Shown one piece after another: positions 40,825-49,599 of a stretch of DNA of 64,000 nt (position 1 is its first letter; each line of letters begins with the position of its first letter). The notes under the pieces are model-generated. The model was not told the DNA's origin, did not search any database, and saw only the letters and a program-made list of their open reading frames with translations. This DNA comes from a virus: IMG/VR virus record IMGVR_UViG_3300028133_000002, positions 6,836-70,835 of that record; one strand, written 5' to 3'. The position numbers and the translations under genes are program-made.

Positions 40825-41324
40825 ATTTAGCTGAATATAATAACCCATTACTAACTTCGCCTTTGGAGTTTATTGAAACTCCAAGTAAAGATCTTGAAGG
40901 TTTGAAAGAGCTTTCCAAGCAAATGTATCAGCTTGTCGCACAGTTTGGCGGAGCTGGATTATCTGCTAATCAGATTGGTATTAATAAACGAATGTTTGTT
41001 GTAAAATACGGTGAGTACGAACAAACATTTATTAATCCAAAAATTACTTGGTTCTCAGATAAGAATATTGTTTTGGAAGAAGGATGTCTAACCTTTCCAG
41101 GAGTATTCATTGGTGTAAAAAGACCTGATGCCTGTAGAGTAACATTTATGGATGCTGATGGAAATGAGCACGAAGAAATGCTTTTCACTGGGATTTCTAA
41201 TAGAATCATTCAACATGAGTACGATCATATGGAAGGTAAGTTCTATTACGATCATATTTCTAAGCTTCAAATGGGACGCTTAAAGAAAAAAATGAAAAAA
41301 AAATTAGACATCGATCTTAAGTAA
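40821..41324 (+). CDS. def: Peptide deformylase
   Basis: All three PDF motifs: GAGLSANQIG, EGCLTFPG, QHEYDH. Confidence 0.93.
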   Translation: MNLAEYNNPLLTSPLEFIETPSKDLEGLKELSKQMYQLVAQFGGAGLSANQIGINKRMFVVKYGEYEQTFINPKITWFSDKNIVLEEGCLTFPGVFIGVKRPDACRVTFMDADGNEHEEMLFTGISNRIIQHEYDHMEGKFYYDHISKLQMGRLKKKMKKKLDIDLK

Positions 41325-41326
41325 TT

Positions 41327-41348
41327 GATTTCTAAGGAAATCTTTTTT
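41327..41348 (+). terminator. Possible weak intrinsic terminator
   Basis: GATTTC-TAAG-GAAATC followed by six T. Confidence 0.45.
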
Positions 41349-41404
41349 CATAAAAGTGAAAATAATTGTGTACATTTGCTTCTTGTTATGGTAGAATATA
41401 CTTA
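41349..41404 (+). promoter_or_regulatory. T4-early-like promoter, copy 1 of a 56-bp direct repeat
   Basis: TGTACA (41369)-17-TAGAAT (41392); near-identical to 43487-43542. Confidence 0.85.
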
Positions 41405-41421
41405 ACAAATGGAGAAATGGC

Positions 41422-43491
41422 ATGGCTAAACAATCTAAATCTATCTTAGCAAAGCTGCTGGCTAATGAAAATATTGATGTTCAATATGGCAATTACAAGA
41501 CAGCTTTCTTTGACGTTGAAAAGCGTGTTCTTGGTCTTCCACTCTGGAAAGACGTTTCTAAAAATCTTACTGATCTTTTAATTGGCCATGAAGTTGGCCA
41601 TGCGCTTTATACTCCTGCCGATGGATGGCATGACTCTGCAACTACTATTCCTGGTTGCCCTCGCGCATATGTAAATGTTGTAGAAGATATTCGTATTGAG
41701 AAAAAAATCCAATTCAAGTATCCTGGCCTTGTTCGCTGTTTCAAGCTTGGCTATAAAGATCTTTTTGATAAAAACTTCTTTGGTACAAAAGATCGTGTTA
41801 TCGAATCATATTCCTTGATTGATCGGATTAACATTAAAGCAAAGCTTCGTGATTTGATTGAAGTCCCTTTCTCTTCTAAAGAGCAACCATTAGTTGATAT
41901 GGCATTCAAAGTAGATACTTGGGAAGATGTTATTGAAGCATGTAAAGCTTTATATGAATATATGAAAGAAAACGCAGAGGGACAGAAAAATGAGAATGAT
42001 TCGCAAAATGAGCAACTCGATCAGAATGAAGATCTTGGAGATACGAGGGATGATCTACCTATGGCAGGCGAACAGAGCTCTGACGAAGATGGAGAAGAAA
42101 CTAAAGCTTCCCAAGGATTGGAACCAGAAGAAAAATCAGAAGACAAAATAGAAGAAAGCTCATCTGCTGAAGCTAATGGTGGTGATACTTCTCCTGAAAA
42201 TGTAGAAACTGATGAAATCTTTCGTTCGATGGAAGGTGAGTTGCTTGAGCAAGACGCACATGGTCGTCAACCAGTTTATATGAAGCATATTACTCGTCGT
42301 CAATTCAAAGATATGCTATTCACATACAATGATGTTTTATTGTCTCGAGCTATCAAAGGTAGCAATATTGAAGTTGAAGAAAAAGACTATAAAGATTTTA
42401 TTGATGAGACTAAAAAAGTAACTAATCTTCTCGCAAAAGAATTTGAAATGCGTAAAGCAGCATTTCGTACTCGTCGCGCTCAATCAGCTCGTTCAGGTTC
42501 TTTAGATGTAAATAAGCTTTATAACTATAAATTTACTGATGACATCTTTGCCCGTGTAACTAATCTTGCAGATTCAAAATCGCATGGTATGGTTATGATG
42601 ATTGATTTCTCTGGTTCTATGGGAGACATCATGGGTGGAACATTAAAGCAGGTTTTAAACCTTTCAATGTTTTGCAAAAAGGTAAATATTCCTTTTGAAG
42701 TTTATGGTTTTACTGGTGGTGATTCTGCTGGTAGACAATATTCTTATGTGGGTGAAGCTGAAGTAGATCACCGTGACCAGCGTGTATTTGAATTGCTTTC
42801 TTCTAAAATGAAAAAGGTAGTTTATGAAGATGCATTCAAAACTTTGTGGAAACGCTCTCTTGATAGTTACAGCTGGAGAACTCCATCTACTGTAGAAGAG
42901 TGGGGTGGAACTCCATTAAACGAAACTTTGATGGCTTCTAGATATATTATTGAAGATTTTAAAGCTAAAAACCCAGTACAAAAAGTAAATTTTGTACTTC
43001 TCTCAGATGGTGATGGCCATAACGTTCGAGTAAATACTTCAGAATATGTACGTTATAACTATGAAGCTATTATCGATATTAAAGGTAAACTACATAAAGT
43101 AGCTCGACGTTCTAGTGCAGTAACGTCCTTCTTGCTAAATCAACTTCAAAATATGGATGTTACTACAGTTGGCTTTTTCCTTGCTCAACGAGCATATGAC
43201 TTCAATGGAGCCGTTTGGAAAAATTCTGATAGTCACGTTAGTAGCGAAAAATTAAAAGAGCTTCGTAAAAAATACAATAAACAAAAGTTCTTGAATATGG
43301 ATAATGTATCAGGTTTCAATCGTTACTTTGTAGTCAAATCAGATCGTAAATCTATTGACACAGATAATGAAGAACTTGAGATTGATCAAAATGCCTCAAA
43401 GGCTCAGATTGCCAAAGCTTTCAAGAAGTACTCTTCTTCTAAGAAAGGCAATCGGGTTCTATCAGCAAAATTTGCAGAAATAATTGCATAA
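41422..43491 (+). CDS. CobT-like protein: HEXXH metallopeptidase-like N-terminus, acidic linker, VWA domain
   Basis: GHEVGHALYT, NVVEDIRIE, IDFSGSM MIDAS, GGTPLNE, LSDGDG. Confidence 0.8.
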   Translation: MAKQSKSILAKLLANENIDVQYGNYKTAFFDVEKRVLGLPLWKDVSKNLTDLLIGHEVGHALYTPADGWHDSATTIPGCPRAYVNVVEDIRIEKKIQFKYPGLVRCFKLGYKDLFDKNFFGTKDRVIESYSLIDRINIKAKLRDLIEVPFSSKEQPLVDMAFKVDTWEDVIEACKALYEYMKENAEGQKNENDSQNEQLDQNEDLGDTRDDLPMAGEQSSDEDGEETKASQGLEPEEKSEDKIEESSSAEANGGDTSPENVETDEIFRSMEGELLEQDAHGRQPVYMKHITRRQFKDMLFTYNDVLLSRAIKGSNIEVEEKDYKDFIDETKKVTNLLAKEFEMRKAAFRTRRAQSARSGSLDVNKLYNYKFTDDIFARVTNLADSKSHGMVMMIDFSGSMGDIMGGTLKQVLNLSMFCKKVNIPFEVYGFTGGDSAGRQYSYVGEAEVDHRDQRVFELLSSKMKKVVYEDAFKTLWKRSLDSYSWRTPSTVEEWGGTPLNETLMASRYIIEDFKAKNPVQKVNFVLLSDGDGHNVRVNTSEYVRYNYEAIIDIKGKLHKVARRSSAVTSFLLNQLQNMDVTTVGFFLAQRAYDFNGAVWKNSDSHVSSEKLKELRKKYNKQKFLNMDNVSGFNRYFVVKSDRKSIDTDNEELEIDQNASKAQIAKAFKKYSSSKKGNRVLSAKFAEIIA

Positions 43492-43542
43492 AAGTGAAAA
43501 TAACTGTGTACATTCACTGAGAAGTATGGTAGAATATACTTA
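43487..43542 (+). promoter_or_regulatory. T4-early-like promoter, copy 2 of a 56-bp direct repeat
   Basis: TGTACA (43507)-17-TAGAAT (43530). Confidence 0.85.
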
Positions 43543-43570
43543 TAAATGATGATGATGTGGAGACTATATT

Positions 43571-44707
43571 ATGATTAATGAACGTGAACTTCTGGTAGAA
43601 CTGACTCGCCAATACCATAACCGCACTGACTTCAAACCTGATGAAGTTATTGAAGTTGGTAAATCTCTTGGTATGAAAGCTAGCCCAGTTTATAAATACA
43701 TTACGTCGCAACCAAAGGTAAAGCGTGGTGTTTATAGCCTTACTGCGCAAGTTGTCCCTTTCAAACAAGAAGAGGTGAATAAACCTATGGCATCAGTTTC
43801 TTCTGTTGTTAACGACGAAGTTTTTGTCCCTCAAAAAGAAGATACATATGTTGTCTGGGGTAACTTCAAGGATGTAGAAAAAATCATCCAATCTCGAATT
43901 TTCTATCCAACTTATATTACTGGTCTTTCCGGTAATGGTAAAACCATGATGGCAGAGCAAGCTTGTGCTCGAGCTAATCGTGAATATGTACGAGTTCAAA
44001 TAACTCCTGAGACAGATGAAGATGATCTGATCGGTGGATTCCGCCTCGTTGACGGTGAAACAGTTTTTGCAAAAGGACCAGTCATCAAAGCAATGGAACG
44101 TGGCGCCATTCTCCTCATCGATGAAATCGATCGTGGATCAAATAAGATCATGTGTCTACAAGGAGTGCTCGAGGGTAAACCCGTTCTCATCAAGAAAACT
44201 GGTGAGGTCGTTTCTCCTTCAAACGGGTTTAATGTGATTGCTACAGCGAACACCAAAGGTAAAGGCTCAGATGACGGTCGCTTTATTGCTGCGACTATTA
44301 TCGATGAAGCCTTCCTTGAGCGCTTTACAATTACCCTCGAGCAACCTTATCCTTCAGCTGCAATTGAACGCAAAATTGTTATGAAGCACATGGAAAAATA
44401 TAGTTGTGTTGATAAAGAATTTGCAGAGTTGCTTACTGTATGGAGTGAAACAATTCGCAAAACTTTTGAAGATGGTGGTGTAGATGAAATTGTTTCTACA
44501 CGGCGTCTTTGCCATATTGTTCAAAGCTTTTCAATCTTCAATGATCGTCAAAAAGCAATTGAACTTTGTGTAAATCGTTTTGACGAAGATACTAAAGAGG
44601 CCTTCATTGATTTATATACGAAGGTTGATGTTCAACCCACTATTGAAGAAACACTTGGAACAGATGTTTCTTTAGATGAAATTTTACTGGATGCTATAAA
44701 TGATTGA
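43571..44707 (+). CDS. CobS/MoxR-like AAA+ ATPase
   Basis: GLSGNGKT Walker A, ETDEDDLIGG, LLIDEID Walker B, ATANTKGKG, AFLERF, STRRL. Confidence 0.88.
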   Translation: MINERELLVELTRQYHNRTDFKPDEVIEVGKSLGMKASPVYKYITSQPKVKRGVYSLTAQVVPFKQEEVNKPMASVSSVVNDEVFVPQKEDTYVVWGNFKDVEKIIQSRIFYPTYITGLSGNGKTMMAEQACARANREYVRVQITPETDEDDLIGGFRLVDGETVFAKGPVIKAMERGAILLIDEIDRGSNKIMCLQGVLEGKPVLIKKTGEVVSPSNGFNVIATANTKGKGSDDGRFIAATIIDEAFLERFTITLEQPYPSAAIERKIVMKHMEKYSCVDKEFAELLTVWSETIRKTFEDGGVDEIVSTRRLCHIVQSFSIFNDRQKAIELCVNRFDEDTKEAFIDLYTKVDVQPTIEETLGTDVSLDEILLDAIND

Positions 44708-45203
44708 TTATAAATTTAACGAACGTAATTTGATTGAAGAATTTCAGTCGTATATTGACTCTACATATAAGGGTCATTATGCCACTAATAAATTTCAATC
44801 TACTGAAGTAATTATTGAACGTGGTCATGGTACTGGTTTTTGTATGGGCAACGTCGATAAGTATTCAAACCGATATGGTAAAAAAGGCTCTCGTGAAGAT
44901 GCTCGAAAAGATCTGATGAAGGTTCTTCATTATGCTCTTATCCAATTATACATCCATGATACTGAAACTGCAAAAGAGCAAACATTAGATATTCCTGATG
45001 ATCTAACAATTGATTTGACAAATAGTGATAATATTTCACTTTCAGGTATGTACAATGTTGATAATATAGGTTATAATAATATAGATAGCGTTACTGTAGA
45101 TCTTGATAGTGTGACTACATTGACTTATGGAAACTCAATTGATGATGCTACTCCAGAAGAGTGGGATCGTGTATCTAAAAAACATATGGGAAATAAAAAA
45201 TGA
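44700..45203 (+). CDS. Conserved hypothetical protein (DUF3310-like) with low-complexity C-terminal extension
   Basis: YKFNE...YIDSTY.GHY, GFCMGNVDKY..RYGKKG, DLMKVLHYA. Confidence 0.65.
   Translation: MIDYKFNERNLIEEFQSYIDSTYKGHYATNKFQSTEVIIERGHGTGFCMGNVDKYSNRYGKKGSREDARKDLMKVLHYALIQLYIHDTETAKEQTLDIPDDLTIDLTNSDNISLSGMYNVDNIGYNNIDSVTVDLDSVTTLTYGNSIDDATPEEWDRVSKKHMGNKK
45049..45077 (+). promoter_or_regulatory. Intragenic T4-early-like promoter upstream of gp45
   Basis: TGTACA-17-TATAAT inside the 44700 ORF. Confidence 0.65.
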
Positions 45204-45880
45204 AACTAAGTGATGAAACCCTTTCAACATTAAAAAACTTTGCTGGTATCAATTCAAATGTTGTGTTGAATCCAGGCAGTGTTGTAAAAACAATGTCTGA
45301 ATCAAAAACTATTATGTCATCAGCTACTATTGCTGAAGATATTCCAGCTCAAATTGGTATTTACGATTTGAATGAATTTCTCGGTGTTGTTAATATGTTT
45401 GATGATCCAGATCTTATGTTTGATAATGAATTCAAATCCGTTCGTGTAACTGAAGGCAAGCGTGCTGTAAAGTACTTCTTTTCTGAGCCTTCTATTTTGA
45501 CTACACCAAGTAAAGATGTTCAAATGCCTCCGTGTGATGTAACATTTACTCTTACTGGTGAAGACATGTCAAATTTACGTAGAGCTGCTAGTGCACTCGG
45601 AGTTACAGATTGTGTTATTAAATGCGAACCTGGAACTACACCACAACTTGTAGTAACTGACACCAAGGACTCTACATCTAACTCTTATGAAATTGATCTG
45701 GATGAATCTGTTGGTGCTGGATCAACATGTAATTTTGTTTTCAACATTGGTAATTTCAAATTTGTCAATGATGATTATGACGTATCAATTTCCAGCAAAT
45801 TAATTTCAAACTTTAAAGCAAAGAATACTCAAATTGAATACTGGGTAGCTCTTGAAAAAAACTCAACCTTTGGAGGCTAA
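45200..45880 (+). CDS. gp45: Sliding clamp
   Basis: MKLS.ETL..LKNFAGIN, IYDLNEFL, YDVSISSKLIS.F, YWVALE. Confidence 0.95.
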   Translation: MKLSDETLSTLKNFAGINSNVVLNPGSVVKTMSESKTIMSSATIAEDIPAQIGIYDLNEFLGVVNMFDDPDLMFDNEFKSVRVTEGKRAVKYFFSEPSILTTPSKDVQMPPCDVTFTLTGEDMSNLRRAASALGVTDCVIKCEPGTTPQLVVTDTKDSTSNSYEIDLDESVGAGSTCNFVFNIGNFKFVNDDYDVSISSKLISNFKAKNTQIEYWVALEKNSTFGG

Positions 45881-45881
45881 T

Positions 45882-46100
45882 ATGAGTGAACAACCAGAAA
45901 TCGGTCTTGGTGTAGAAGATCTAATGAATGCACTGCGAGTAATTAATACAGCAACTGAACGCGGTGTATTTAAAGCAAATGAATTATCTTTTGTAGGACA
46001 AGTTTATGACAAATTCTCAACCTTTGTACGAGCAGCTCAAGAAGAAGCAAAATCACAACAACCTCAAGATGGAGAATCTTCTGAAGATGGTAGTGAATAA
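45882..46100 (+). CDS. Hypothetical protein
   Basis: ATG at 45882 after GGAGG; DL....VI..A..RG.FKA.EL..VG..Y pattern. Confidence 0.65.
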   Translation: MSEQPEIGLGVEDLMNALRVINTATERGVFKANELSFVGQVYDKFSTFVRAAQEEAKSQQPQDGESSEDGSE

Positions 46101-46335
46101 CCCAACCCAACGTGAAACCATTGTAAACGCTTTAAAGGAATGGTCAAATTCTGCAGTTCGTGTAGAAGCAGAAAAAGATCTTCAAAAAAATATTATTGAA
46201 GATTTGTCTGATAAAGTTGATATTGAAAAGAAATATTTGAATAAACTAGCAACAATGTTTCATAAACAAAACTTTGCACAGTTTCAGCAAGAACGTGAGG
46301 AAATCGAAGAATTGTATGAATCTATCACTTCATAG
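46087..46335 (+). CDS. dsbA: dsDNA-binding protein (T4 DsbA-like)
   Basis: K.LNKLA.MFHKQNF......EEIEELYE resembles the T4 DsbA C-terminus; ATG at 46087. Confidence 0.65.
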   Translation: MVVNNPTQRETIVNALKEWSNSAVRVEAEKDLQKNIIEDLSDKVDIEKKYLNKLATMFHKQNFAQFQQEREEIEELYESITS

Positions 46336-46364
46336 TGTAAAAATCAGTCTAATTGTTATATAAT
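46336..46364 (+). promoter_or_regulatory. T4-early-like promoter for gp44
   Basis: TGTAAA-17-TATAAT. Confidence 0.6.
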
Positions 46365-46391
46365 ATATCTACTAAATCATGGAGTAAGTGA

Positions 46392-47327
46392 ATGTCTGAT
46401 TTTCTATGGGTTGAAAAATACCGTCCTCGCACTGTTGAACAAGCTATCCTTCCTTTGTCCCTCAAGGAAACATTTCGACAGATTATTTCTACTGGTGAAT
46501 TGCCTAATATGCTTTTCACTGGTACTGCCGGCGTTGGTAAGACTACCATTGCTCGAGCTTTGTGTAATGAGCTCGACCTAGATTATATTCTAGTTAATGG
46601 TTCGGAAGAGGGAAACATCGATACCTTGCGTAATAAAGTGAAACAGTTTGCCTCCACTGTTTCACTTCATGGTGGATATAAGGTAGTCATCCTTGATGAA
46701 GCTGATTATCTTAATCCACAATCAACTCAGCCAGCCCTTCGTGGCTTTATTGAAGAGTTTGCGAATAATTGTCGATTCATCTTGACGTGTAATTTCAAAA
46801 ACCGTATTATTGAGCCTCTCCATTCTCGTTGTTCGGTTTATGAATTTGCTATTCCAAATGATCAAAAGCCCGAATTGGCTGGCCAATTTTTTAAACGCGC
46901 AAGTGAGATTCTACAAAAAGAAAATGTAGAATTTGTACCTGATGCAGTTGCTCAATTAATTACCAAACACTTTCCAGATTGGCGTCGTGTTCTAAATGAA
47001 ATGCAGCGTTATTCTGTGTCTGGTAAAATTGATGCTGGAATGCTTGTCGATTTGAATGATACCAATATCAAATCTCTTATGTCAGCTCTAAAAGCTAAAG
47101 ACTTTAAAACTATGCGTCAATGGGTTGTTAGTAATATTGATACCGAACCTCAAGCAATCTTTCGTAAGCTATATGATTCTATGAACGAATATATAGTACC
47201 ACAGTCAATTCCTCAACTAGTTTTGATCTTGGCTGACTATCAATATAAAAATGCTTTTGTCGCTGACCATGAATTGAATGTGGTTGCTTGTATGACAGAA
47301 ATTATGGCAAATGTGGAGTTTAAATAA
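46392..47327 (+). CDS. gp44: Clamp loader large subunit
   Basis: LWVEKYRP, GTAGVGKT, ILDEAD, LRGFIEEF, PLHSRC, FPDWRR. Confidence 0.96.
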   Translation: MSDFLWVEKYRPRTVEQAILPLSLKETFRQIISTGELPNMLFTGTAGVGKTTIARALCNELDLDYILVNGSEEGNIDTLRNKVKQFASTVSLHGGYKVVILDEADYLNPQSTQPALRGFIEEFANNCRFILTCNFKNRIIEPLHSRCSVYEFAIPNDQKPELAGQFFKRASEILQKENVEFVPDAVAQLITKHFPDWRRVLNEMQRYSVSGKIDAGMLVDLNDTNIKSLMSALKAKDFKTMRQWVVSNIDTEPQAIFRKLYDSMNEYIVPQSIPQLVLILADYQYKNAFVADHELNVVACMTEIMANVEFK

Positions 47328-47548
47328 TGCTAACAGTGTATTCAAAAAATAATTGTCCCTATTGTGTTAAACTAAAAAATCAACTTAATACTTGGGGAAT
47401 TGCGTTTGAAGAAGTAAATATTGAACAAGATAAAGATGCAAAGAGTTTTGTAGTTGAACAGGGCCATCGAAGTGTACCTGTTCTTTATAATGAATTAGAA
47501 CATATCAATCATAATAACATTACAAAAGAACAACTACTTAATCTTTGA
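47327..47548 (+). CDS. Glutaredoxin/NrdH-like redoxin
   Basis: VYSKNNCPYC active site and GHRSVP cis-Pro motif. Confidence 0.88.
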   Translation: MLTVYSKNNCPYCVKLKNQLNTWGIAFEEVNIEQDKDAKSFVVEQGHRSVPVLYNELEHINHNNITKEQLLNL

Positions 47549-47565
47549 ACTAAGGTGCTTATATT

Positions 47566-47940
47566 ATGAACTTCTTTGATTACCTTAACTCTATTAACTA
47601 TTCTAAAAAAGACATCATGGTTGATGATATTGCCGAGGACGAATATAACTCCTTTATGGTCAACCGCGGTCTTTCTTATTTTCAAGATACTATTCTCTAT
47701 GCAAATGAGATGAATAAGTATCATCACCTAGACTCTCGTCTTCAATTTGATTTTCTTATAAATATCATTAGAAAGCGAAAACGTTTCAGTAAATGGGCAA
47801 AAAATACTGATCCGGATGCTTTAAGTGTAGTGAAAGAATATTATGGCTATAGTAATGAAAAAGCCCGCCAAGTTCTTTCTCTACTTTCTAATGAACAAAT
47901 AATTGAATTGAAAAAGAGGATGTTCAAAGGTGGAAAATAA
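47566..47940 (+). CDS. gp62: Clamp loader small subunit
   Basis: FDYLNSIN, Y..FMVNRGLS, ANEMN, RKRKRFSKW, YYGYS.EKA. Confidence 0.93.
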   Translation: MNFFDYLNSINYSKKDIMVDDIAEDEYNSFMVNRGLSYFQDTILYANEMNKYHHLDSRLQFDFLINIIRKRKRFSKWAKNTDPDALSVVKEYYGYSNEKARQVLSLLSNEQIIELKKRMFKGGK

Positions 47941-48346
47941 TAATCAAGAAATTCATGACTGGTCTCCAGCCGCTATGCTGGAAATCACATTGAACGAGCC
48001 TGATGACTTTTTGAAAGTAAGAGAAACATTAACTCGTATTGGTGTGGCTTCTCGTAAGGATCGTAAGCTATATCAGTCATGTCACATTTTGCACAAGCAA
48101 GGCAGATACTTTATTGTGCATTTTAAAGAGCTATTCTTGCTCGACTCTAAACCTTCTAATTTGACTGAAAATGATATTCAGCGTCGTAATACTATTGCGA
48201 CTCTTTTGTCAGACTGGGGCTTGATTTCTGTTGTAAATTCAGAGGCTGCATCTAATGTTGCTCCTCTACGACAGATTAAAGTAATTTCTCATAAAGAGAA
48301 AAATCAGTGGGAATTATGTCCAAAATATAATATTGGAAATAATTAA
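47930..48346 (+). CDS. regA: Translational repressor RegA
   Basis: PDDFLKVRETLTRIGVAS, LYQSCHILHKQGRYFIVHFKELF, W.L.PKYNIG. Confidence 0.96.
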   Translation: MENNNQEIHDWSPAAMLEITLNEPDDFLKVRETLTRIGVASRKDRKLYQSCHILHKQGRYFIVHFKELFLLDSKPSNLTENDIQRRNTIATLLSDWGLISVVNSEAASNVAPLRQIKVISHKEKNQWELCPKYNIGNN

Positions 48347-48355
48347 AAAAAACTG

Positions 48356-48384
48356 TTTACATTTGGCTAGCATTGTTGTATAAT
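48356..48384 (+). promoter_or_regulatory. T4-early-like promoter
   Basis: GTTTACA-17-TATAAT. Confidence 0.8.
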
Positions 48385-48408
48385 ATACTTAGAAATTGGA
48401 GAAAAGTT

Positions 48409-48921
48409 ATGAAAAAGACTATCTTAGGACTTACTACGGCACTTACTCTAGCTGCTTCGAATGTTGCAGCAGCTGGCCAAACTGTATATGGTACAATTAC
48501 AAACGTATCTCAAAACTGGACTTATGAAACTCGTCGAGTTCCATACGAAGATTGTACAACGGTTCGTGTTCCAGTAACTGGTAATTACCGTGGTGGATCA
48601 GCCGGTGGTGATGCTCTTGCAGGTATGATTATTGGTGGATTACTAGGTAAAGGCGTTACTGGAAACGATCGTGGAGCCGCTGCAGGAGCTATACTCGGCG
48701 GTGTTATCGGAGCTGATAATCATCGTCCAGTAAATCGTGGCCGTGAGTATCGTGAAGAATATCGTTGTGTAACTAATTATGATTATGTTCGCGAATCAGT
48801 TCAAGCTGGCTACATTGTAGATTATATGTATGAAGGTTATCTCTATCAACTTAAAACTTTCAAACAATATAACATTGGAGATAAAATTCGACTAAATGTT
48901 CGAGTAAGTCCAATTAATTAA
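48409..48921 (+). CDS. Exported glycine-zipper (2TM) protein
   Basis: Signal peptide MKKTILGL..ALTLAA; GMIIGGLLG.G......AAAGAILGGVIG. ATG at 48409 after GGAG. Confidence 0.75.
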   Translation: MKKTILGLTTALTLAASNVAAAGQTVYGTITNVSQNWTYETRRVPYEDCTTVRVPVTGNYRGGSAGGDALAGMIIGGLLGKGVTGNDRGAAAGAILGGVIGADNHRPVNRGREYREEYRCVTNYDYVRESVQAGYIVDYMYEGYLYQLKTFKQYNIGDKIRLNVRVSPIN

Positions 48922-48933
48922 GAAAGATTTATA

Positions 48934-49527
48934 ATGAAAATTGAAAGCCAATTTATAGGATCTTCTTTTATAGAAGAAGATCTATGCGATAATCTAATTC
49001 GCTATTTTGATTCTTGGATTCATGAAGCAGCTCCAGGCACAATCGGCCTCAATAGTGGCAAAAAGCCTTCTAGTGCAGATATTAACTATGACGTAAAAAA
49101 CAGCTTAGACTTACTTATTGGAGATATAGATCTTCAAGAGGCATACTATAACTCTCTAAAAAGAAATTTGGTAGATGATTACAAAAAAGAGTATAGCTGT
49201 TCAGACGACAATGCGCCTTGGGGTATTATCCAGGATTCTCAAATACAAAAATATCCTATAAAAAATGGTGGCTTTAAAGCATGGCACTGCGAAAGAAGCT
49301 CTGGAGTGGTTCAGCCGAATGCATCTAGACATTTAGTTTATATGACATATTTAAACGATATTAATGATGGAGGCGAAACAGAATTTTTATATCAAAATTT
49401 AAAAATTAAACCTAAAAAAGGCTTATCTTTAGTTTGGCCAGCTGATTGGACCTTTACACATAGAGGTAACTCTGCTCCATCTGAAGAAAAATATATTGTC
49501 ACAGGATGGTTTAATTATCTAGAATAG
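48934..49527 (+). CDS. 2OG-Fe(II) oxygenase
   Basis: QIQKY...GGFKAWHCE, YLND..DGGETEF, WPA.WTFTHRG, KYIVTGW. Confidence 0.88.
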   Translation: MKIESQFIGSSFIEEDLCDNLIRYFDSWIHEAAPGTIGLNSGKKPSSADINYDVKNSLDLLIGDIDLQEAYYNSLKRNLVDDYKKEYSCSDDNAPWGIIQDSQIQKYPIKNGGFKAWHCERSSGVVQPNASRHLVYMTYLNDINDGGETEFLYQNLKIKPKKGLSLVWPADWTFTHRGNSAPSEEKYIVTGWFNYLE

Positions 49528-49529
49528 CT

Positions 49530-49537
49530 TATAAATA
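49530..49537 (+). promoter_or_regulatory. T4-type late promoter for hsp20
   Basis: Intergenic TATAAATA 60 nt upstream of the hsp20 ATG. Confidence 0.7.
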
Positions 49538-49541
49538 AAAC

Positions 49542-49599
49542 TGAGATGCGGATAGTCCGGTCTCATACTGTTCTTGCTTGAAAAAGGAGAAAAACAATG
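49542..49599 (+). promoter_or_regulatory. ROSE-like RNA thermometer in the hsp20 5' UTR
   Basis: 5' hairpin TGAGAT-G-CGGA-TAG-TCCG-GTCTCA. 3' hairpin TTCTT(G)CTT-GAAA-AAGGAGAA contains the UUGCU motif with a bulged G opposite the SD. Confidence 0.7.

Noticed and set aside
41422-44707. Cobalamin biosynthesis (cobT/cobS) auxiliary genes
   Set aside because: No cobN or other cob genes are present in the window, and the architecture fits generic MoxR-VWA systems.
9304-47764. Intragenic TATAAATA matches (9304, 9642, 15764, 35653, 43691, 47757)
   Set aside because: Chance matches are expected in AT-rich DNA. Some near gene ends may be real, but they cannot be supported without TSS data.
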